Shown here in pieces: positions 1-9,051 of a stretch of DNA of 32,529 nt. A program made the translations under genes and the position numbers. Position 1 is the first letter of the stretch. Every line of letters starts with the position of its first letter. Below the pieces are notes generated by a model. That model did no database searches. It worked only from the letters and a program-made list of their open reading frames with translations, and was not told the DNA's origin. The stretch lies in IMG/VR virus record IMGVR_UViG_3300032216_001428, positions 1 to 32,529 of that record; one strand, given 5' to 3'. This stretch comes from a virus (lineage: Duplodnaviria; Caudoviricetes).

Positions 1-123
1 CAACAGAGTTTGTTACAAAGATTACATCTGAACTTGCTAAACTTCCACGAGCACAAGGTGGATTAAATACACTTATAGAAAATGCGCAAGATGCTCTTAC
101 AAAAGCAGCAGGTACAGTAGGTG
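1..123. repeat. Terminal direct repeat (identical to 32407-32529); circular-assembly overlap
   Basis: The first 123 nt (caacagagtt...cagtaggtg) match the last 123 nt, and the tape-measure frame runs uninterrupted across the join. Confidence 0.95.
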
Positions 124-1061
124 CTGGTTTCATTAAACTATTTACTGCTGGTGGTGGAGAAAGTAGTAAGTTCTTTGATATGATACAAGGTGCTGCTGAA
201 CAAATAAATATTGTATTGACAGCATTATCTGAAAGCGAGGCATTCAAGGCTATTCAAAGAAATATAAAAGTTATTATTGATAGTCTTGCTAAAATGGGTC
301 CTTTTTTCAAGGGTGTATTTACTGTTGTTTTAGGACTTATTGTTGGTGTAGTTCAAGAAGTTACTCAAAGAATAGCATTTGTTGCTAACTTTTTAGGGCA
401 GTTATTTTCAAATCCACTAAAAACTATTAAAAATGAGTTTATAGTATTAGGACAACAAATAAAAGCAATATTGAATAATGCTTTGGCTGGCGCATTAGAT
501 GGGTTGAGAAAGTTTGTATCTGGTATTGATAAGTTTGCTGGTACTAACTTTGCTTCTAAAATCCCACAAATGGCAACTATGGATGTACCTGGTCAAACAG
601 CAGGTCAAAAAGCATTAGGTGCTTTATTATCAGGAGCACCAGGATTTGATGCTTTGATGAAAGGTGCCAAAGCAGCGGGAGAAATAGCAGGTCTTGAAAA
701 ACCATTACAAAAACTTCCTTCTGATTTGATGTTTGGTGGAGGTGGTGGTGGCAATCCTGATACTAAAAATGGTAAAGACACAAAAGAAAAAGCAGCAAAA
801 AAAGTTAGCGATAAACAACAAAAAACTCTTGAACTTATTGAAGACCATACAAGAAAAACATCAGAGTTTTCATTAAGAAATGTAACATATGGTGGTGGTT
901 TATTAGCAGCACAAGGCATTTCTAATATGGAAATAAGAGGATTTGGTAGAGTTGGAAGTCCTCAAATATCAGGTTCAAACGATATTGTTAGAGGTATAGA
1001 AAAACTTATTAGAGGATATAACACTAATAATAGTTTAAATATTAATCCAAGGAGAGCATAA
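1..1061 (+). CDS. Tape measure protein, C-terminal part (gene starts at 31806 and wraps; ~553 aa total)
   Basis: Same frame as the ORF starting at 31806. Ala/Gly/Leu-rich helical sequence, located between the tail chaperone and the tail-tip genes. Confidence 0.88.
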   Translation, partial: TEFVTKITSELAKLPRAQGGLNTLIENAQDALTKAAGTVGAGFIKLFTAGGGESSKFFDMIQGAAEQINIVLTALSESEAFKAIQRNIKVIIDSLAKMGPFFKGVFTVVLGLIVGVVQEVTQRIAFVANFLGQLFSNPLKTIKNEFIVLGQQIKAILNNALAGALDGLRKFVSGIDKFAGTNFASKIPQMATMDVPGQTAGQKALGALLSGAPGFDALMKGAKAAGEIAGLEKPLQKLPSDLMFGGGGGGNPDTKNGKDTKEKAAKKVSDKQQKTLELIEDHTRKTSEFSLRNVTYGGGLLAAQGISNMEIRGFGRVGSPQISGSNDIVRGIEKLIRGYNTNNSLNINPRRA

Positions 1062-4000
1062 TGCCATCATCATTAGATGAGTTAGATGTTAAAGTATATA
1101 TTGACTATCCACAAGATAGAAGAAATGTAAAATCAAGTATTGTGTATGCAGTTGATGGTACTTGTTTAGATGCCTCTTCTGCTATAAACTGTTATTTTGA
1201 ACCTGTAACTCGTACAGTTATGGGTATGCCAGTTCCAATGACACCTGAATGGAAAACTACATTTACTGGTCAAGGATATACTCGATTTCAGAAATCTGAT
1301 TTTACTTTTTCATCCTCATCTTCTTGGGGAAATATATTCTTTTATGGTACTAATGATTGCTACTTATTTTGTGGCTCTAATGTTTCTACTATTACGTCTG
1401 CTCCTGTTCAACTAACTGGTGGTGTAATAAGAAATCAACCATTATTTTTTTCATATATAAAACAAGATAAAAAATCAAGTAATACTAAAATAACAGCAAA
1501 GTTATTTTGGGGTGGAACTAACTTTATTGATAAAGATACTGCTTTATATTTTAAAGATGATGGTTCTTGCGATGTTTATAGAGGATATACATTAAAAACT
1601 GGTGCTATTTTATGTACTACTTCATCTGCTGTTGTAACAGGTTCAGGTACATTATTTTTATCTGAACTATCTACTGGAAATACAATATATACAGAAGATG
1701 GTAGACTTATTGGCACTGTATCAGTTGTTTCAACAAATACTTCTTTAACTTTATCTTCAAATGCTTTGATTTCATATACTGGCAGATTTCATAAAAAAGA
1801 TTTACAAAAAGTTGGTTCTTATAGTAGAAATGAAAATAACTATAATCAACAAGCAGTAAAGATTACTCATACAAACCCTGGAAATGAATATAATGATGTA
1901 TTTATTATGCCAATGCGTGGTAAAGAACTCGTTGTAAATACATCATTTGGTTTAAACTTTTCTCATACATTTGAAGATTTAAATGACCCAAATGACCCTT
2001 CTTTTAATACATTTTATTATGCTGGATTTACAGGATTATATTCTACTCAAATGTTTATGAACCAAGAAATATTACCAGCAGGAGATTTTAGTATTGTTAT
2101 ACCTGATGGTAAAGCAGCATTTCAACTTGCTAAACTATATTTTTTATCCAACTGGTCAGTAAAAAGTAATACTATATATAATGAAGTAGCAGCACAAGGT
2201 TATAAAAATGCTCTTTATAAACAAAATACTCCATTAACAGGAACTATTGATACAGTATTTAGAAGTAATATTATATTAGGTACTGGAACATCATTTAACT
2301 CTTCTTTTGTTGGAGGAAAAATATTTGGTTCCGATGACAATGGTATTTCTTATTTTGAACTTGGAACAGTACAAACAATAAATACTACAACTTCATTGGC
2401 ATTAACTTCTTTGAATACATTAGTTTTAACAGGTGCTTTGTATCTTATTTGTTATAAAAAAACTGGTACTATAACATCATCAAATAGTTCAAATATTATT
2501 ACTGGAACTGGAACTTTATTTAATACAGAGTTATCAGTAAATGATGATTTATATGATAGTAATAATAACTATTTAGGAAAAATACAAAGTATTTCATCAA
2601 ATACTTCATTAACTTTATATTATAATAGTTTAGTAGCAGGTTCTTCTATCTCTTATTTTACTAACATTCCACAAGTAAAATCTGATATTTCAACATCTCA
2701 ATACGAATATATTGGACCAAGTAATAGCTCATTATTTACTGATTTGAACGCAACAGTTACATTACAAACTGATGGAAATATTACAACTACTGATGATTTA
2801 TATTGTAATCTTTATATAAAACAAAGCTCTATTTCAGCACCCTCTAACTCATTATTAAATAATGATAGTAGCATAACTTTTTATTCATTTGATAGAACTA
2901 TTACATATAAAACTCAAAAAACTAAAACTTCAAGCGTTGATATAACAAATATTTTAGAAAATCTTTCAGTAGAAAAAACGGAAGAAGGATATAGCAACTG
3001 TTATTTTAGTGTAAGAAGACAATCTCTTATAGATTTAGGAGTATATAATCCTGATAAAATATCAAATAGGTCAATAAAAATAACTTTAAAACCAAGAGAT
3101 ATAACTTATGATGAAGTTTTATTATTTGATGGATTTTTAAATAATCCAGAAATAGAATATATCCAGGGTGCTAACTATAATAAATATGCTTTATTGAGTT
3201 TTACTGGTCATTGTAGAAAAAAATCATTAAACGATATTTATTTTACAAAAGCACCTTCTTATGATAATAAAACAATATTTTCAACTATAAAAAATCTTAT
3301 AGAATATTCAGGTATTCTTGATAAAAATAGTTATGTTTTTTATGACCCAAGTTTTTTAACATATTGGTCTGGTAATAATAGAAATAATAGTAATGGTCAA
3401 TATAATAATGTTCCACAACTAACTGATAGTGTAGGGTCATATATTGAAAAAATGCGTTCAGAAATAGTACAAAATATGGTTTTTTCAACTAAATGTGCTT
3501 GGATTTTTGATTATAACTATAATACATATAAACAATATTCAACATTTGATTTATTTAATAGTTCAATAAATAGATATGTTGGATTTACATATGATTATAT
3601 GTATTTATCTGAACAAAATGCTAATACATATGGAAGTATACCATTAAATAAAGCATATAAAAGAACATTTAGAAGTTTAAAAAGAACTTATGAAGCACCA
3701 GAAGCAAATCAAATAGTTATTATAGGTGTTGATAAAACTAATAATAGTAGAATAACAAGTATCATTGATGATGTTAATAGTCAAAATCCATATATTTCAA
3801 ATAGACCCGACAACTGGTTAGGAGAAGTTAAAACATTTGGTTATTTTAATGATAGATTGACAAGTCCTAATATAGTATCAAAAGCAGCACAATCATTTTT
3901 TGACAAAATAACAACTGGAAGAGAAATCATTGAGTTTACATCTGATTTTTTAACATATTTTGATAGTTCTACTAACTATCCAAATATGGCACCTAATCCA

Positions 4001-4753
4001 GCAAATACAGGTACTATTGACGCATTTACTTATTCAAATGGTGTCAATGGTACTGGAACATCATTTATAGCACAAGCACCAGCAGGAACAAAACTTTATG
4101 ATAGTACAGGAAAACTTATAGGTACAGTCGCATCAGTATCATCAAATACATCTTTAACATTAACAACAAATGCTAATATTGCTATTACTGCTGGAACATA
4201 TTATTCAACTGTTCCTCCGTATTTATGGCTAAATCAATATAAATATTATGATTTAAATGATGGAATATATTTTATAGATGAAACTGGAACTTCATTAGGA
4301 TTATATATAATAAGTTCTTGGAAAGTTGATTTTATAAAAAATAATATTCCAGTTTATGCGTCTGGTATATTACAAAATCCTGATACTATAAATATAGCAC
4401 AAGCAACATACAAATGTATTAGAAATAATGTTCAAAATAAAAGTCAAATATTAGAATATGATTTAAATAATAATGTTTTTTCAAATACTATAAATGTATT
4501 AAAAAATACTGCTTCTAAAACTGTTTTATTATTTGTTCCATCAGGATGTACTATAACAACTATTGGAATGCCAACTGGAATGACAACTACTACAACTAAT
4601 CTTGCATTATTTACTCAAATAGATTTGAACTGGACACCTACTCCTGCACAAGCAAAAAATAGTTATGTATTTTATATTGATGTAAATAATGCTTATGGTA
4701 CTGGTTCAACATATAGAATGCAAATGACTTTTAAGGTTTTTGACACACTCTAA
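1061..4753 (+). CDS. Large tail-tip / baseplate hub-like structural protein (1230 aa) with four repeated beta modules
   Basis: Follows the tape measure with TAATG coupling. Ser/Thr/Asn-rich, with four copies of a TGTI..S....GTGT.F....G...Y...G..IG.V....SNTSLTL module. Confidence 0.65.
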   Translation: MPSSLDELDVKVYIDYPQDRRNVKSSIVYAVDGTCLDASSAINCYFEPVTRTVMGMPVPMTPEWKTTFTGQGYTRFQKSDFTFSSSSSWGNIFFYGTNDCYLFCGSNVSTITSAPVQLTGGVIRNQPLFFSYIKQDKKSSNTKITAKLFWGGTNFIDKDTALYFKDDGSCDVYRGYTLKTGAILCTTSSAVVTGSGTLFLSELSTGNTIYTEDGRLIGTVSVVSTNTSLTLSSNALISYTGRFHKKDLQKVGSYSRNENNYNQQAVKITHTNPGNEYNDVFIMPMRGKELVVNTSFGLNFSHTFEDLNDPNDPSFNTFYYAGFTGLYSTQMFMNQEILPAGDFSIVIPDGKAAFQLAKLYFLSNWSVKSNTIYNEVAAQGYKNALYKQNTPLTGTIDTVFRSNIILGTGTSFNSSFVGGKIFGSDDNGISYFELGTVQTINTTTSLALTSLNTLVLTGALYLICYKKTGTITSSNSSNIITGTGTLFNTELSVNDDLYDSNNNYLGKIQSISSNTSLTLYYNSLVAGSSISYFTNIPQVKSDISTSQYEYIGPSNSSLFTDLNATVTLQTDGNITTTDDLYCNLYIKQSSISAPSNSLLNNDSSITFYSFDRTITYKTQKTKTSSVDITNILENLSVEKTEEGYSNCYFSVRRQSLIDLGVYNPDKISNRSIKITLKPRDITYDEVLLFDGFLNNPEIEYIQGANYNKYALLSFTGHCRKKSLNDIYFTKAPSYDNKTIFSTIKNLIEYSGILDKNSYVFYDPSFLTYWSGNNRNNSNGQYNNVPQLTDSVGSYIEKMRSEIVQNMVFSTKCAWIFDYNYNTYKQYSTFDLFNSSINRYVGFTYDYMYLSEQNANTYGSIPLNKAYKRTFRSLKRTYEAPEANQIVIIGVDKTNNSRITSIIDDVNSQNPYISNRPDNWLGEVKTFGYFNDRLTSPNIVSKAAQSFFDKITTGREIIEFTSDFLTYFDSSTNYPNMAPNPANTGTIDAFTYSNGVNGTGTSFIAQAPAGTKLYDSTGKLIGTVASVSSNTSLTLTTNANIAITAGTYYSTVPPYLWLNQYKYYDLNDGIYFIDETGTSLGLYIISSWKVDFIKNNIPVYASGILQNPDTINIAQATYKCIRNNVQNKSQILEYDLNNNVFSNTINVLKNTASKTVLLFVPSGCTITTIGMPTGMTTTTTNLALFTQIDLNWTPTPAQAKNSYVFYIDVNNAYGTGSTYRMQMTFKVFDTL

Positions 4754-7647
4754 TGCCTACATTTACTGATATTTCAAGAACAAGTAAACAAGAAGGTATC
4801 TTTACTTTTACCAACTATAATAAAAAAGTACAAGACCCTACTTGGGCTTTTCCACCAGATATGTATATTCATAATACTGCTTTTGATTTTACTATTGGTG
4901 GACATTATGGTTGTTCAACAAGAGTTAGAGATTGGCCTATAATATCTCAACCTGCTGGACCTCTAACTCCTTGGTCTTGGTCATTATATGCTCGTGTAAC
5001 AGTTACAAATGGGCACGGAGCATCTACTACTTCTGATATTCTTTTAGCAAGTGGTGGACCTTTTGCTGCTGGTACAACTGCTAATATTTCATTAGGTAGT
5101 ATTAGCGGTACCTTTTATTTTGAAACTCCATCAGATATAAAATATGATGTAAATGAAACTGCTACTGCTGTTTTAGATTATCCTTCTTACACAACATATA
5201 AACAATATGAGCGAAGTACTGTTGGCGGAACTGCTCTTTCAAAAATGACTATAAGTGGAACAACAGTACAAGCATCAAGTACAGTTGCTTCTTCTCTTGC
5301 TACAACATATAGATATAATGTAAATATAACCCAGTTTTTAAAAGGTGGTTCTGCTTCTGGCATAAGTCAACTAACAATGAGTACTATGACAACTAATAGT
5401 ATTGCAGTACCTGGATATACCCACCTAAACTTTATAAACTCTAACTTTTATGCTTCTCATACTGGCGCTAATGTTGATTGTAAAAATATTGGTACAGATG
5501 ATGTTTTTGGAGACCCACAAAACTCTACTATAACAATGACTTCATATACTGCTCTTGAAAGAAGAATGAAGTTTCTTGGCAAAATAAATGCTTATGATGT
5601 ATCTTATCCTGATGCTTTAACAATAAGAATAACAGGTGTAGATAATGCTGGTTTAGGTTATAGAGACATAGTTAGAACTGGGGCATATGATGAAAGCGAT
5701 ACTTATTATGATTATAGTATTTCATCAACTTTATTAGCATATCCTGGTTCTTCTCCTCAAACTGTAAATACTGGACCTGTTTTTACTTTACCAACATCTA
5801 TTAAAACTGCTATTATTGCTTCTTCTTTAACCGCAAATGGAGATGACCCTAAATATTCCAGATTACCATTTAGAGGCTGGAACTTTCCTGGTGCCTTTAT
5901 GCAACTTGCTAACTCTACTCAAATAACTACTGGTGGAACTACTAATACAAGAGCATTTAGTGGAATAGGCGAAAACTTTAACTCTTATCGTTATTTAGAA
6001 GTAGAAGTAAAAAGTAATACTGGTACTTTACAATCAGATACTTTAACTTTAACTTGTCAACCAAGTTCTGATACTAAAACTTATACATTTAGCACTTCAT
6101 CAACAGCTTATGAAATAAAACGATTTGATTTGCTTATTCCTAAAAATAAATCTTTAAGTATAGATGACCAAGATGACCCTTATCCACGTTTATCTCCTTC
6201 TGGCTCTAATCCTGCCCAAGAAAGAACAAATCTTGACTGGTTCGGAGTTGCAAGAATATCTCAACTTGCTATCGCTAATGCTAATATTACTTTGGGTAGA
6301 GTTTGGTTGGTTGCTGATGCTTCTACTTGCCAGTCTGATTTTGCTTTTTCTCCTGAATATTATATAAAGATAGAAACTGATGCTACTGCTGGGACAACTT
6401 ATTTTGGTAGAAGATTATGGACCCAAAATGTTTCAGGAAGACACGAAGAAGAGTTTGATATTCTTAAAACATCAGGTGTAGCAACAAATAATACTATTGT
6501 TAACTTTGTTTCAAGAGTTTTAGGAAATCATAAAGGATGGACTGCTTCTGCTTCAACAGCGTCAGGTAGTGGTAGATTATCTTATGCTAACTCAACTTCT
6601 GGTTATGCTTTATGGCTTGGTGGTATTACATATAAAGCAGATACTGGTGGTGGAACAATACAAAAAGATTATTTAAACGTTTATCAAAATCAAGGGGAAG
6701 CAGATTGTCAAGTATTAGCACAAACATATTTTGATGAGTTTTTAACATCTGAACTAATACCTGATTATGGAGACCCTTTTGGAGTATACAAAAATACTGC
6801 TTTTCCTCTTATTACATTACCATCAGCTACAATATTAAGAGGTCCAGCTTTTGGTTTATTAGTAGATGGAACTAAAACTCCTTTATATGCTGGAAATGTA
6901 GATTTAAAACTTTCTTCTACACTTGCAAATAGAGGTAGTGGTATTAGTACTATAAATGGTACCTATAAAACTGGTACTCCTATGGGCTTATCTTACAAAA
7001 ACCATAGAGTTGATTACCTTACTTTAACTTCTAATATTACACCACTTTATGCTTCAAAAAAATATCGTAAAGCATTCTTAAATCCAGCAGTTGTATATGG
7101 TGTTTTATCAGGAGACCATAGCGATATGTATCAACACGTTATTGCTTATCAAGATGCTGGCACAATAAAACTATTATTAAATATTGCGCCTGATTTTTCA
7201 ACTTATTCTATTCTTGCTACAAATATTACAGGAGCAGTTGGAGCAGCAGTTAAATGGCAAAGATATAGTGGTTTAAATAATCTTATATTAGACGTAGAAG
7301 ATAGTACAGGCACAGTTAAAAAATATATTTTAAATAATCTTGAAACAGGAGTAGCAACTTTGGCAACTACATTAGGAACTGGAACTCAACCAGCAGTAGC
7401 AATATATCGTAATGGATTAGAGTTTCATTTTTTTAGAACAACTGATAGTGGAGGTTCTATCAAAAGAGTGGCAATAGACCCAAGTGGAAATATTTATATA
7501 GCATCAAGCATTGTAATAACTGGTAATGTATCAACAAATGGATTAGCAGCATATACAAGAGATGATGTTATTTATTTAGTTTATAGCCACGCAACAACTG
7601 GTATTACTATTGTTAGAAGTTATGATGGTGGAAATACATTTAGTTAG
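4753..7647 (+). CDS. Minor tail / receptor-binding structural protein (964 aa)
   Basis: TAATG-coupled to the preceding tail gene. Thr/Ser/Gly-rich beta-type composition with a propeller-like C-terminus. Function inferred from position. Confidence 0.55.
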   Translation: MPTFTDISRTSKQEGIFTFTNYNKKVQDPTWAFPPDMYIHNTAFDFTIGGHYGCSTRVRDWPIISQPAGPLTPWSWSLYARVTVTNGHGASTTSDILLASGGPFAAGTTANISLGSISGTFYFETPSDIKYDVNETATAVLDYPSYTTYKQYERSTVGGTALSKMTISGTTVQASSTVASSLATTYRYNVNITQFLKGGSASGISQLTMSTMTTNSIAVPGYTHLNFINSNFYASHTGANVDCKNIGTDDVFGDPQNSTITMTSYTALERRMKFLGKINAYDVSYPDALTIRITGVDNAGLGYRDIVRTGAYDESDTYYDYSISSTLLAYPGSSPQTVNTGPVFTLPTSIKTAIIASSLTANGDDPKYSRLPFRGWNFPGAFMQLANSTQITTGGTTNTRAFSGIGENFNSYRYLEVEVKSNTGTLQSDTLTLTCQPSSDTKTYTFSTSSTAYEIKRFDLLIPKNKSLSIDDQDDPYPRLSPSGSNPAQERTNLDWFGVARISQLAIANANITLGRVWLVADASTCQSDFAFSPEYYIKIETDATAGTTYFGRRLWTQNVSGRHEEEFDILKTSGVATNNTIVNFVSRVLGNHKGWTASASTASGSGRLSYANSTSGYALWLGGITYKADTGGGTIQKDYLNVYQNQGEADCQVLAQTYFDEFLTSELIPDYGDPFGVYKNTAFPLITLPSATILRGPAFGLLVDGTKTPLYAGNVDLKLSSTLANRGSGISTINGTYKTGTPMGLSYKNHRVDYLTLTSNITPLYASKKYRKAFLNPAVVYGVLSGDHSDMYQHVIAYQDAGTIKLLLNIAPDFSTYSILATNITGAVGAAVKWQRYSGLNNLILDVEDSTGTVKKYILNNLETGVATLATTLGTGTQPAVAIYRNGLEFHFFRTTDSGGSIKRVAIDPSGNIYIASSIVITGNVSTNGLAAYTRDDVIYLVYSHATTGITIVRSYDGGNTFS

Positions 7648-7659
7648 ATAAAATGAAAT

Positions 7660-8184
7660 ATGGAAGAACAAATCGCAATATTAGCAGCAGACGAAGCCCT
7701 GGCAAATGTAGGAGTAACAGAAAAGGGAGGAGACAACCAAGGAGACCACATCGCCAAATATCTAAAAACAGTGGGACTTGATGAAGGTTATGCTTGGTGT
7801 GCTGCTTTCGTAAAATATAGATGGATTGCTGCTGCTACTAAACTCAAAAAGAAACTACCTAAATCTTTTATGGATTTATCTGGTTATACTCCTGATTGGG
7901 CTAACTGGGCTAAAATAGAAAAAAGATTTATTACTATTCAAGAAGCAAAAGAAAATCCAGAACTTATTAAAAAAGGTTATCTTGGCTTATTTTATTCTAA
8001 AACAAAAGGCAGGATTTATCATATTGGAACTGTAATAGAAACTATTGATGGTGGAGTTAAAATGGTTGAAGCTAACACTGGACCTGAAACAGATATTGTT
8101 TCTGCTAATGGAGATGGTGTTTATATTAAGCATCGTAAATGGATAAACTTCGGCATCTTTGGTGGATTTATTAAAACATATTAG
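7660..8184 (+). CDS. CHAP/NlpC-like cysteine peptidase, probable endolysin
   Basis: GVTE.GGDN.G, AWCAAFV (catalytic Cys), HIGTV (His) and VEANT motifs typical of CHAP-type lysins; lies after the tail genes. Confidence 0.8.
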   Translation: MEEQIAILAADEALANVGVTEKGGDNQGDHIAKYLKTVGLDEGYAWCAAFVKYRWIAAATKLKKKLPKSFMDLSGYTPDWANWAKIEKRFITIQEAKENPELIKKGYLGLFYSKTKGRIYHIGTVIETIDGGVKMVEANTGPETDIVSANGDGVYIKHRKWINFGIFGGFIKTY

Positions 8185-8193
8185 GATAAATAA

Positions 8194-8436
8194 ATGAGTA
8201 TTATTAGCAACTTTTTAAAGAAGAAAATGGGAGTTCCAGAAGTAAATATCAATAATCTTCCTTTGGGTAGTATTTTGATGGATGCTCTTACAAATGATGG
8301 AATAAAACAAGTTTTTGGCCCATTATCAGATGAAGATATGAAACTATTAGATAAGGCTGTTCAAGTGGAAATGTACCATAGAAAAGCAAAGTTTGAAACA
8401 GCAAATAAAGCAGGTATAGGAAAAGGTTATGAATAG
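8194..8436 (+). CDS. Hypothetical protein (80 aa)
   Basis: ORF packed directly after the endolysin with an AGGA RBS. Confidence 0.6.
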   Translation: MSIISNFLKKKMGVPEVNINNLPLGSILMDALTNDGIKQVFGPLSDEDMKLLDKAVQVEMYHRKAKFETANKAGIGKGYE

Positions 8437-8611
8437 TTTAGTTTGTCTATTATTTTTATTACAAAATCCTTTATATAATCAAACAAAAATAATAAACTTA
8501 CAAAAACCATTAATGATAGAAAAAATAACATTACAAAAACTCGACCCAAGAGATTTAGCACGTTTAACATATATTTTGAATATTGACCAGTTTACAAGAT
8601 TTAAGAGATAA
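8429..8611 (+). CDS. Hypothetical protein with hydrophobic N-terminus (60 aa)
   Basis: Overlaps the previous stop by 8 nt and ends just before a terminator. Confidence 0.5.
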   Translation: MNSLVCLLFLLQNPLYNQTKIINLQKPLMIEKITLQKLDPRDLARLTYILNIDQFTRFKR

Positions 8612-8617
8612 ACACAC

Positions 8618-8651
8618 AAATAACCCACAAGTTTTGCTTGTGGGTTATTTT
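8618..8651. terminator. Bidirectional intrinsic terminator between convergent transcription units
   Basis: Inverted repeat aaataacccacaag / cttgtgggttattt. Confidence 0.8.
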
Positions 8652-8754
8652 CTTTACTGTGTTGCAAAATAAACAAAAATGTTATTTATTTCTTGTAAGT
8701 TTATGTATTGCTCATTTTAATGTACGTCTACTATCCTGTCTGCTTTCCACTTAC
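8618..8754 (-). ncRNA. Candidate small RNA 1 (~140 nt)
   Basis: Extended -10 promoter TGTGGTATAAT upstream, no substantial ORF, GTAAGT...ACTTAC closing stem, and it ends at the 8618-8651 terminator. Confidence 0.5.
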
Positions 8755-8771
8755 AAATATATTATACCACA
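8753..8771 (-). promoter_or_regulatory. Extended -10 promoter (TGTGGTATAATATATTTGT), identical to 15910-15928
   Basis: Perfect TGnTATAAT, with a 19-nt identity to the other small-RNA promoter. Confidence 0.75.
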
Positions 8772-8772
8772 T

Positions 8773-8841
8773 CTATCTATCTTTATCCTTCAACCATTCA
8801 AGATATTTTACTATTAAAGCATCTCCAAGTTTACTTTTCAT
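8773..8841 (-). CDS. Small hypothetical peptide MKSKLGDALIVKYLEWLKDKDR (22 aa)
   Basis: Hand-translated; its start overlaps the end of the upstream small ORF. Not in the ORF track. Confidence 0.35.
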   Translation of the reverse strand: MKSKLGDALIVKYLEWLKDKDR

Positions 8842-8917
8842 TTTTTATTTTACTTCCTATATATAAACCACAACAAAATATTTGAATAATAGATAACAAA
8901 AAGATTATTTCATTCAT
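8831..8917 (-). CDS. Small single-TM peptide MNEIIFLLSIIQIFCCGLYIGSKIKNEK (28 aa)
   Basis: Hand-translated; ATGA overlap with the upstream ORF, hydrophobic core and basic tail. Confidence 0.5.
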   Translation of the reverse strand: MNEIIFLLSIIQIFCCGLYIGSKIKNEK

Positions 8918-9051
8918 TTACAACATCTCTTTATGCTAACATAATGACCTTTATCAATAACCATTTCAAGCTCTTCTATTGCTTTTAATGCTACTTCATA
9001 CTTTTCTTTATAAAATGCTATTTCTTTTAATAACTCTTCTCTACTCTTCAT
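8914..9051 (-). CDS. Small hypothetical coiled-coil protein (45 aa, MKSREELLKEIAFYKEKYE...)
   Basis: Hand-translated; its start overlaps the end of the methyltransferase gene. Confidence 0.55.
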   Translation of the reverse strand: MKSREELLKEIAFYKEKYEVALKAIEELEMVIDKGHYVSIKRCCK

